Source: a virus (Duplodnaviria; Caudoviricetes). Taken from it: DNA of 30,487 nt. Below the pieces are notes generated by a model. That model was not told the origin of the DNA. It saw only the letters and a list, made by a program, of their open reading frames with translations, and made no database searches. The position numbers and the translations under genes were made by a program. The DNA lies in IMG/VR virus record IMGVR_UViG_3300037634_000844, positions 1-30,487 of that record. One strand, given 5' to 3'. This document shows, one piece after another, positions 8,929-17,538 of the stretch; position 1 is the first letter of the stretch; the number at the start of each line of letters is the position of its first letter.

Positions 8929-10098
8929 ATGGCATTATTAACAGAAACCGCTGCACAATATTATGCAGGTCAACAAGCTTATGTTCACAGTGCAGGTGTT
9001 GGTGTTGCACAAACACATATTTGGACTGCAGATACTCCTTTAATAGATACTACTACTAGCACTAATACAAATTTTAAAGTATTAGTTAATAATATACTTC
9101 AAGTTAGTGGAGTAAATTATACATTTATTTCTGCTACTAGTATTAGTATAGGACCAAATATTGTTGATGCTGCTGGTGCTACCGTTACTATAGATAATGG
9201 GGATATAGGAGTTATTCAATTATTAGATGATGCATTATGGGCAAATTATGGTAGTTATGAGTATATCAAAATGGATGATATAGTTAATAACTTTTTAGTA
9301 GCTTATGTAGGACAAGATAAGTTAATACCAAGTGCTAAACGAACTGATATAATGTTTCACGCTAAAAGAGGCTTACAAGAGTTTAGTTATGATACTTTAA
9401 AAAGTATTAAATCTCAAGAATTAACAATCCCTCCAAGTTTATCTGTGATAATACCACAAGATTACGTTAACTATGTTAAATTATCATGGATAGATGACTA
9501 TGGAGTTAAACATCCTATATACCCTACTACTTTAACTAGTAATCCATATACTGTACCTGTACAAGACGCATTAGGAGTGCCAACTCAAGATAGTTTAGGA
9601 GATAATTTAGAAGGAACCTCCTTAACAAATGAAAGATGGGATACTGCTAATGATAGGTTAATTAATGGAAATATAGATTTAAGTTATTTTAATGCTAATG
9701 TATATGGTTGGAATTGGGATAAATTAGCATATGGTAAAAGATATGGATTAGATCCACAAACGTCTAATAGAAACGGTTGGTTTACTATAGACGAAAGAGA
9801 AGGTAAGTTTTCATTTAGTAGTAATTTAAAAGATAGATTAATTATATTAGAATATATATCTGATGGATTATCAGTGGATTATGACATGCGAATACCTAAA
9901 ATGGCTGAAGAAGCTATTTACATGCATATAGCACATGCTATTTTATCTACGAGAAGAGGTATTCAAGAATATATAATAAGAAGATTTAAGAAAGATAGAG
10001 CAGCTGCTTTAAGAAATGCTAAAATAAGATTAAGTAATATTAAATCAGAGGAATTTACACAAGTGATGAGAGGTAAATCTAAATGGATTAAACATTAA
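8929..10098 (+). CDS. Putative second tail ring protein with an N-terminal beta domain (389 aa)
   Basis: Adaptor-like core (FHAKRGLQEFSYD, IPQDYVNYVKL, ILEYISDG, IPKMAEEAIY). The N-terminal insert KVLVNNILQVSGVNYTF...ISI resembles a common tail-associated beta module. Confidence 0.62.
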   Translation: MALLTETAAQYYAGQQAYVHSAGVGVAQTHIWTADTPLIDTTTSTNTNFKVLVNNILQVSGVNYTFISATSISIGPNIVDAAGATVTIDNGDIGVIQLLDDALWANYGSYEYIKMDDIVNNFLVAYVGQDKLIPSAKRTDIMFHAKRGLQEFSYDTLKSIKSQELTIPPSLSVIIPQDYVNYVKLSWIDDYGVKHPIYPTTLTSNPYTVPVQDALGVPTQDSLGDNLEGTSLTNERWDTANDRLINGNIDLSYFNANVYGWNWDKLAYGKRYGLDPQTSNRNGWFTIDEREGKFSFSSNLKDRLIILEYISDGLSVDYDMRIPKMAEEAIYMHIAHAILSTRRGIQEYIIRRFKKDRAAALRNAKIRLSNIKSEEFTQVMRGKSKWIKH

Positions 10099-10102
10099 TT
10101 AA

Positions 10103-13100
10103 ATGGCAGAAATTAGAAATAACTTCATCAAGTCCAAAATGAATAGGGACCTTGATGCAAGATTACTTCCACCAGGAGAATATCGTGAGGCATGGAATGT
10201 ATCTATAAGTCGATCAGAGGGAGATGATGTAGGTGCATTAGAAAATGTATTAGGTAATTTGTCTTTAACAGATTTTGGATTAAGTGCTCAATGTACAGTA
10301 GATATTATTGGGAAATTAATGAGTCCTAATAGTGATAGAATATTCGTATTTTTAACTAATTATGTAGATACTTCCATTGATAGATTATCTAATCCAGCTT
10401 ATGGAGCAGGAATAGAGTGTTATATAGGAGTGTATGACATTTCAGCAAACGTAGCAACATTACTTGTAGGTGGGACATTTTTAAACTTTTCTAAAACCCA
10501 TGAAATATATGGAGTTAATCTTATAAACAATTTATTATTTTGGACTGATAATAGAAATCAACCTAGAAAAATAAATATAGAAACAGCTTTAGCTGATCCT
10601 TATATAGTTGGTGGTAGTACAGGATATTATACCGAAGAAGATCATATATCTGTACCAAAATATTATCCTTATAAACCTATAGATTTATATAAAGATATAA
10701 CTGGTACGATTACTAGTACCATGAAAGACGTTACATCAGAATATCTACCTCCTCACTGTGTGACAATGTTAGCTGAAATAGCACCTGGACCTGGTGGTCT
10801 TTTTTTTAATTTTGATACTACATTTTCCACAGGTCCTGGTAATACTATTGATGTTGGTGATAAATTAACTATACCATCCTTAGGTGTAGAAACAATTATT
10901 AATGGCTTTGGAGGATTACCAACTACTAAAGATGTATCTGTAGTAACAGGTCCTGGAGTTCAAACAGCAGTTGGAAATATTGTTTATATACAACGTCCTA
11001 ATCCAGACTATGATGTCAATTGGCCTGGAGATAAAAAATTCCTTAATGATAAGTTCGTAAGATTTGCTTATAGATTTAAATTTGATGATAATGAGTATTC
11101 TCTTATATCTCCATTTACTCAAGAATGTTTTATCCCAAGGCAAGATGGTTATTTTATAGCAGATAATGAGCAAAGAGCATATCAAAGTACTGAAGTAAAA
11201 TTTATGGAGAATAAAGTTGATGATATTCAACTAGTAATTCCTATTCCTGATGGTATAACTGATTTTACTGATTTAGAAACAGATTTAAAAGTAAAAGAAA
11301 TAGATATCGTATATAAACAATCTAATGAAAGCACGTTGAAAGTATTAGATACTTTAACTACTACAGATTTTGGTACTACTTCCACTGCTTTTTATTTATA
11401 TGATTATCAATCTAGAAAACCTTGGAGAACACTTCCACAAAAAGATTTAATTAGAGTACAAGATCAAGCTCCTGTAAGAGCATTAGGTCAAGAAATAGTA
11501 GCTAATAGAGTTGTATATGGTAATTTTATTGATAAACATACCCCACCCACTACTTTAAATTACAACACCCAAGTAAGTGAAAAGTTTACAGAAGCTCAAG
11601 GTGGATATTTACGAAAAGAATACCCTAATCACACATTAAAACAGAATAGAAATTATCAAGTGGGAGTGGTATTATCAGATAGATACGGAAGACAATCTGC
11701 GGTAATATTGTCTAGTGTAGATACAGCTTCAACTTCCTCTACAGCAAAAGGTTCAACATTTTTTCATCCATATAAAGGAGAAGGAAGTGGAACTATAGAT
11801 GCTTTTTCTTATTTCCCTAGTCTTGCTCCGGATAAATTGTTTACTCCTAGAACAGGTTTTATACCATATTCAGATACTGGTAATGCTGCAACTACATGGC
11901 ATGGTGATAGTTTGAAAGTGCTATTTAATTCTACTATTCAATCACCAAAATCATCTACTACAGGTGCTCCAGGTTTATATAATGGAGATCCTACCACTTT
12001 AAATTATAATCCGCTTGGTTGGTATAGTTATAAAATTGTAGTTAAGCAACAGCAACAAGAGTATTATAATATATATTTTCCTGGATTACTTAATGGTTAT
12101 ATAGATGGAGAATCAAAAAATCCTTTAGCAGCTAGTGTGTCAGAACCGATTGGACATTTTGCATTGCATAGTGATAATATAAACAAAGTTCCTAGAGATT
12201 TAACTCAAGTAGGACCAGATCAAAAATTCTTTAGAACAGGTAGACCGAGTCCAAAAGAAGATCCTAGTTATTATCAATTTGTAAATACTGATGGTGTATT
12301 ATTTACCGCCGATCCATACACTGAAGAAGGAGAATTATTATTAAAAACTAGAGATAGACAAAGAGATTTAGATTCAGGTAGTATAGTGACTAATGCTAGT
12401 GTTAAATTGTATCCTAGAATATTAAATTATCAAGATATTGCTTCTACTGCTGTAACAAAAATATATGTAAGTACTGCAGGAACAGGATATGCTACGACCG
12501 CAGGAGTAGCCACAACAGGTGGTACTGGAAGTGGTTTAACTGTAGATATTACCGCGGGAGCTGGTCCTGTTACAGCAGCTGTTATAGATGCTGCAGGTAC
12601 AGGATATAAAGTAGGTGATATCGTTGATATAAGTGGGGGTGGAACGAATGCAAAAGTAACAGTTTTAGAAATACAAACAGCTCAAAATTCTCAAATGTAT
12701 CCTAAAGAAACAGAGGATGTAGTAGATAGTATTGGAACTGGTACAGAATTAGGTTTATGGGATCCAGGAGTAGATTCACCTTATGATACAGCCCCTGTAT
12801 TTTGGGGTTATAGAAATAACCCCTACATCGCTAAATTAAGTTTAGAAAATTGGCAATTAGGAGTGACTGGTCCTAGTCCATACGCTGGAGGTCAACAATT
12901 TGAAATAACTCAAATTACTCACCCTGGAAATGATTATCGAATAGATAGTAAAAACTTAGCTGTAGAACAGAAAGAAGATGCTGGATATGGAACTGGTTTA
13001 TTAGTGGATATAGATGGAATTGCTACTACGTTGACTGGTGATGTAGATGCTTTATCTATAGCAAGAGAAGGTACTGGTTGGATAGGTAGTCAAGCCGGTG

Positions 13101-14023
13101 TAGATTATACTGATATTAAAGTGACTGGAGGTGGTCTTCAAGATTGTACATTTGACTTAAGAGTAACAAACGTTCCTTGGCCTGGTTTAATGTCACCAGT
13201 ATTTACTGTATATGAAAACGAACCAGTGGAGTCGAAATTAGATATTTACTGGGAGACAACTACAGCAGGTTTAGTTTCAGAATTAAACACTGCTATTGTA
13301 AATTCAGATCCTTATACTCCATATGGAACATCTAGTAAGACTTGGTCATGGTTTGAAAGTGATGGATCAGGTACGGTTATTACAACAGATTTCTTCCCAA
13401 CAAATGGATTAGGAGTTAATTTAACAAATACTGCTAATAGCGGAGTGTTAAATTCTGTAACAGATTTCTTTGGTAATTCTTATTCCACTGCTTTATTTAC
13501 ATTAGTAAAAAATCCAGATGGTTCATTTAAAATAAGAACTAATAGTACTTTCTATGCTCAAATGTTATTCCCTATATTATCTTTCCCATGGAATTTTAAA
13601 ATTAACTTTACAGAAGGTGCTTCAGGAAATAGTAATTTTGTTACTATATCAGATTCAGCTGCGGTAATTAACAACTCAGAACCAGTATGGGATCCAACTT
13701 TTGTACAAGGTCCAAACGTAACACCAGCGGTACCAATAACTAGTGGTGATGCTATTAGTGTAAGTAGTGTATCTGGTCATGGTGGTGCAAGTCAAATAAT
13801 TGCAACTTTAGTAGCTACCAACGGTAGCGCAGATTTACCTTCTCAATATGATGGAGTAACCTTTACAATAGATGATACTACTAATTTTATTATTGATGGT
13901 TCTAATATTTTGTGGGTAAAAGGAGGAACTCCTGCAGGTGATTATCCAATAGTAGTAACTGTTCAAGATCTAGCTGGAGCATTTGCAGTAACTAATTTGA
14001 CGTTAACTATTACAGTTACGTAA
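10103..14023 (+). CDS. Tail stabilisation / muzzle (tail tubular B / P22 gp10-like) protein, N-terminal part, with inserted GxGY modules and C-terminal cadherin/Ig-like domains (1306 aa)
   Basis: Starts NNFIKSKMNRDLDARLLPPGEYREAWN and contains LLFWTDNRNQPRKINI, RFAYRFKFDD.EYS, NRVVYGNF and YQVGVVLSDRYGRQS, which I recognise from crAss-like stabilisation proteins. Confidence 0.78.
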   Translation: MAEIRNNFIKSKMNRDLDARLLPPGEYREAWNVSISRSEGDDVGALENVLGNLSLTDFGLSAQCTVDIIGKLMSPNSDRIFVFLTNYVDTSIDRLSNPAYGAGIECYIGVYDISANVATLLVGGTFLNFSKTHEIYGVNLINNLLFWTDNRNQPRKINIETALADPYIVGGSTGYYTEEDHISVPKYYPYKPIDLYKDITGTITSTMKDVTSEYLPPHCVTMLAEIAPGPGGLFFNFDTTFSTGPGNTIDVGDKLTIPSLGVETIINGFGGLPTTKDVSVVTGPGVQTAVGNIVYIQRPNPDYDVNWPGDKKFLNDKFVRFAYRFKFDDNEYSLISPFTQECFIPRQDGYFIADNEQRAYQSTEVKFMENKVDDIQLVIPIPDGITDFTDLETDLKVKEIDIVYKQSNESTLKVLDTLTTTDFGTTSTAFYLYDYQSRKPWRTLPQKDLIRVQDQAPVRALGQEIVANRVVYGNFIDKHTPPTTLNYNTQVSEKFTEAQGGYLRKEYPNHTLKQNRNYQVGVVLSDRYGRQSAVILSSVDTASTSSTAKGSTFFHPYKGEGSGTIDAFSYFPSLAPDKLFTPRTGFIPYSDTGNAATTWHGDSLKVLFNSTIQSPKSSTTGAPGLYNGDPTTLNYNPLGWYSYKIVVKQQQQEYYNIYFPGLLNGYIDGESKNPLAASVSEPIGHFALHSDNINKVPRDLTQVGPDQKFFRTGRPSPKEDPSYYQFVNTDGVLFTADPYTEEGELLLKTRDRQRDLDSGSIVTNASVKLYPRILNYQDIASTAVTKIYVSTAGTGYATTAGVATTGGTGSGLTVDITAGAGPVTAAVIDAAGTGYKVGDIVDISGGGTNAKVTVLEIQTAQNSQMYPKETEDVVDSIGTGTELGLWDPGVDSPYDTAPVFWGYRNNPYIAKLSLENWQLGVTGPSPYAGGQQFEITQITHPGNDYRIDSKNLAVEQKEDAGYGTGLLVDIDGIATTLTGDVDALSIAREGTGWIGSQAGVDYTDIKVTGGGLQDCTFDLRVTNVPWPGLMSPVFTVYENEPVESKLDIYWETTTAGLVSELNTAIVNSDPYTPYGTSSKTWSWFESDGSGTVITTDFFPTNGLGVNLTNTANSGVLNSVTDFFGNSYSTALFTLVKNPDGSFKIRTNSTFYAQMLFPILSFPWNFKINFTEGASGNSNFVTISDSAAVINNSEPVWDPTFVQGPNVTPAVPITSGDAISVSSVSGHGGASQIIATLVATNGSADLPSQYDGVTFTIDDTTNFIIDGSNILWVKGGTPAGDYPIVVTVQDLAGAFAVTNLTLTITVT

Positions 14024-14052
14024 GTAATATACAAAATAAGTGATTATAAATT

Positions 14053-15843
14053 ATGGCATATAGTTTAGAAGTAAGATACTTTAACGCTTTAACTCTAAAG
14101 AAAGCAGTTCAATCTTCAACTGGCACTCCAACTGGAGGTAATGCTATTCCTGTATGGCCTGGAGTAACTTGGAATCCAACAGGTTATCCTAATTTTCCTT
14201 TTGGAGAAACAGATAGTGGTGGAGCACCGCTTTATCCTTTATGGAATAGAGTTATATATCCTTTTAAAACAGGGAGATATCAATGGTATATAGAAGAATC
14301 TACTATTAAAGGAGGTTTTAATAATAATACTATGTCATTAGGTGTAAGAGCATATAGTGTTAATGAAGATATTGATAAAATAGATAAAGCCCAAAGTTTA
14401 ATTATATCTGGTTTATTAAATTCTAGAACTGGTTATAATGAAACGAATGTGTTTTCAACTGGAGAAAATATAATTAAAGATTTAGATCCTTTTGATGGTA
14501 CTATTCAAAAACTATACACGCAAGATACTAACTTATTAATATTCCAAGAAAATAAAGTAAATAAAGTATTAATAAATAAAAATACTATTTACTCTGGAGA
14601 TCAAGGAGCTGTGGATTATGTTAATACAGTGCTAGGACAAACAATTCCTTTTGCTGGAGAATATGGTATAAGTACTAATCCAGAAAGTTTTGCTATTCAT
14701 GGATTTAGAAAATATTTCACTGATAGATTTAGATCAGCAGTAATAAGATTATCTAAAGACGGTATTACAGAGATATCTGGATATGGAATGAAAGATTACT
14801 TTAGAGATCAATTAGCAACTATTACTAGTGATTGGCAGCGAAATGAAGTAAAAGGTACTGTAGTAGGTACATATGAAAGTCCTACAGATACAATTACTTT
14901 TAGTGGTATAAGTTGTTGTGATATACATATGGGAGCATTATTAGAAACATCTGCATCAACCCCAATAATTAGTGGAGCGGTAGTAACTAATTGCGTAGTG
15001 AATGGAGATTATGTAGATATCACTTTTGATGGAACATTTTCCCCAACACATTTCGAGACATTTACTAAAGGATTTTTCGTATGGTATACCCAGAGTAAAG
15101 CCGTAGGCGGTTGGGATAGTCATAATATGCATTATACAGTATCATTACAACCCAAACCAAGATGGGGTAGAGATTCAGATGGTAATATGCCACCAGCAAC
15201 ATATTCAACAACTTCATTTGAAGAATCTATTTTGGGATGGCCTAGTTTCTATACTTACATGCCTGCTTTTATAGATAGTTTAAAGAATAATTATTATTCT
15301 TTTATAGATACTAATATTTACCAACATTACGATGAAACAACCACCAATAATAGAGGTAAATACTATGGTGCTACTACGCCTGCAGAATCTAGTATAACAT
15401 TTATTTTTAATCCTAATCCTTCTATTACTAAAACATTCCAAACAATAGCTTATGAAGGTAGTAATGGTTGGGAATTAGACTCGTTTGCCTCTGATTTTGA
15501 AGGTATGGATTCAATATCTGGAGTATATTCCCAATATCAAGACACAGCAAATCCTGTAGCAAGTTATGTAGAAGGTCAATACGATTCATCTGGAAACATT
15601 TATCCTGCAGCATTAACACCACCTATATTTAGAGCTGGTTTTGATAGAAAAGAGAATAAATACGTATCTAATTTAGTAGGATCAAGTGTTCCAAGACCTG
15701 GTGAAGTAATATATGGAGCTCAATTAACAGGAGTTAAAGGATATTTAAGTACATGTAAAATACAATTAGATACTAGTACACAACCTGGAGGATTAAAAGA
15801 ATTATTCTCAGTATCAACAAGATATACTGTATCCTCTTATTAA
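14053..15843 (+). CDS. Tail stabilisation / muzzle protein, C-terminal beta-propeller-like part (596 aa)
   Basis: GTIQKLYTQDTNLLIFQENKV, GEYGISTNPESFA, YFTD..RSAVIRLSKDGITEISGYGMKDYFRD, GWPSFYTY and F.RKENKY resemble the C-terminal half of crAss-like muzzle proteins. Confidence 0.7.
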   Translation: MAYSLEVRYFNALTLKKAVQSSTGTPTGGNAIPVWPGVTWNPTGYPNFPFGETDSGGAPLYPLWNRVIYPFKTGRYQWYIEESTIKGGFNNNTMSLGVRAYSVNEDIDKIDKAQSLIISGLLNSRTGYNETNVFSTGENIIKDLDPFDGTIQKLYTQDTNLLIFQENKVNKVLINKNTIYSGDQGAVDYVNTVLGQTIPFAGEYGISTNPESFAIHGFRKYFTDRFRSAVIRLSKDGITEISGYGMKDYFRDQLATITSDWQRNEVKGTVVGTYESPTDTITFSGISCCDIHMGALLETSASTPIISGAVVTNCVVNGDYVDITFDGTFSPTHFETFTKGFFVWYTQSKAVGGWDSHNMHYTVSLQPKPRWGRDSDGNMPPATYSTTSFEESILGWPSFYTYMPAFIDSLKNNYYSFIDTNIYQHYDETTTNNRGKYYGATTPAESSITFIFNPNPSITKTFQTIAYEGSNGWELDSFASDFEGMDSISGVYSQYQDTANPVASYVEGQYDSSGNIYPAALTPPIFRAGFDRKENKYVSNLVGSSVPRPGEVIYGAQLTGVKGYLSTCKIQLDTSTQPGGLKELFSVSTRYTVSSY

Positions 15844-15853
15844 ATTAAATTAA

Positions 15854-16357
15854 ATGAAATCAGCAGTTGTAAACGAACTAGAAACAATATTTGATACCAG
15901 CTTAGCTATACCATATAAAGACAAGATAAAGTTAATAGAAGATAATCTTATAGCTAAAGCAGATGGAGAGAATATTGTAGGTAATGGTAAAGAAATTACT
16001 TATGCAGAAAATCTGTGGGAATATAAACACACATTTGCAGATGGATTATATATAAGAGAAATGAGGATGAAGCAAGGACAACTAGCTTTTTCTGCTATAC
16101 ATAAACATAGTTATGTATTTTCTCTATTATCAGGAATATTAGCTACTTCAACAGAAGATGGTATTGAAGAATTTATAGGACCATGTTATGTAATATCTCC
16201 ACGTGGCATTAAAAGAGTTGTTTACGCTATTGAAGATTGTGTAATAGCTACTATCCACTCTAATCCTACTAACACAGAAGATTTAGACGAGTTAGCAAAA
16301 ATAAATATAGCATTGAATTGGAAAGAATATAATGAATATGTTAAAAATAATAAATAA
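15854..16357 (+). CDS. Cupin-fold protein (167 aa)
   Basis: HTFADGLYIREM...G...SAIHKHS...LLSG...GP..VISPRGIKRVVYAIEDCV..TIH is a double-stranded beta-helix pattern of a phage cupin family usually found just before ejection genes. Confidence 0.72.
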   Translation: MKSAVVNELETIFDTSLAIPYKDKIKLIEDNLIAKADGENIVGNGKEITYAENLWEYKHTFADGLYIREMRMKQGQLAFSAIHKHSYVFSLLSGILATSTEDGIEEFIGPCYVISPRGIKRVVYAIEDCVIATIHSNPTNTEDLDELAKINIALNWKEYNEYVKNNK

Positions 16358-16363
16358 ATAATT

Positions 16364-17536
16364 ATGAGTTGGGCAATGATCGGCATGGCTGGTGTGCAAT
16401 TAACTACTGGTGTTATAACTAAGATGAGTGCTAATAAATCTGCTAATGAACAAAGGTTTAAAGCAAATGAAGAAGCAAAAAGGTTAAAGTTACTAGAAGC
16501 TAATCGCCAAGAAATTATAGATAAATCCGCAGATATTAGACGTATGAAAGGTCAAGTTAATAATCCTTATGCTAATCTTCAAGTTGCTACTAAAGCTGCA
16601 GATCTACAAATAGAACAAACAGATTTAGCATTAGCAAATACTTTGGATACTATCCAACGTGGTGGTATGGCAAAAGGTGGTACTGCAACTGCATTAGCCC
16701 AAGCAGCAGCTCAAGCTAAAGCTAAAATGGGGGCTACTATAGAAAATCAAGAAGCTCAAAATGCTAAACTTAGAGCACAAGGAGAAGCTAGTGCTCAAGC
16801 TCAGAAAATGCAATTAGAACAAATGGCAATTGGTGAGGAAGTTGCCTCATGGGGTAGAAGAGAAGGTAGGGAAATGCAAAGATTAAATAGAACAGCAGCA
16901 TTACAAAGAAATGCAGAGATGCAAGCTGCAGCAGATAGACAAGGTGGTACAGCAGCATTAATGGCTGGTATAGGTGGTGCTGCTACTACATTAGCAAGTG
17001 CAGACTTAAGTAAATTGAAAAAAGGTGGAACAGGAGGGATGGATGCTAAACTAGGTGATGTAACTGATCCATCTGGTGAAGGAATGTGGGGATATGGAGA
17101 AGCGCCTGATGGAACTAAAATGCATTTACCAGGAGTAGCTGGACAAGAAATGAGTATGGCACCAGATAACATAAATCAACCAAGTGCTATAACTAATGTA
17201 ACAAAAACTAATATAGGCCCACAAGGAGCTACACCTGCAGGATATGATAGAGCTGGTAATCCCACGTATGGAGGAGAAGCTTATGATTTAGCGTCTACAA
17301 CTACAGGAATAGGATTAATGCCAGCAATGGGAGATTTAGGACCGTTGGCATCTCCTGAGTTAGATTTATATCAAACAGCTCAAGGTACATTTGGTAATCC
17401 ACAAGGAAATACACAATGGGAAAAAGTAGGATTAACAGGAATGATTGATGAAAGAAAAAGATTACAACGAGCTGGAAAGTCTACTGATTATATTCAAAGT
17501 TTAATTAATGCTACTAGATCACATTATAATATATAA
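16364..17536 (+). CDS. Putative ejection / internal virion protein 1 (390 aa)
   Basis: N-terminal G/A-rich hydrophobic helix (MSWAMIGMAGVQLTTGVI), A/Q coiled coil, second hydrophobic helix (GGTAALMAGIGGAATTLA) and a G/P/T-rich tail, typical of podovirus pilot/ejection proteins. Confidence 0.65.
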   Translation: MSWAMIGMAGVQLTTGVITKMSANKSANEQRFKANEEAKRLKLLEANRQEIIDKSADIRRMKGQVNNPYANLQVATKAADLQIEQTDLALANTLDTIQRGGMAKGGTATALAQAAAQAKAKMGATIENQEAQNAKLRAQGEASAQAQKMQLEQMAIGEEVASWGRREGREMQRLNRTAALQRNAEMQAAADRQGGTAALMAGIGGAATTLASADLSKLKKGGTGGMDAKLGDVTDPSGEGMWGYGEAPDGTKMHLPGVAGQEMSMAPDNINQPSAITNVTKTNIGPQGATPAGYDRAGNPTYGGEAYDLASTTTGIGLMPAMGDLGPLASPELDLYQTAQGTFGNPQGNTQWEKVGLTGMIDERKRLQRAGKSTDYIQSLINATRSHYNI

Positions 17537-17538
17537 CA

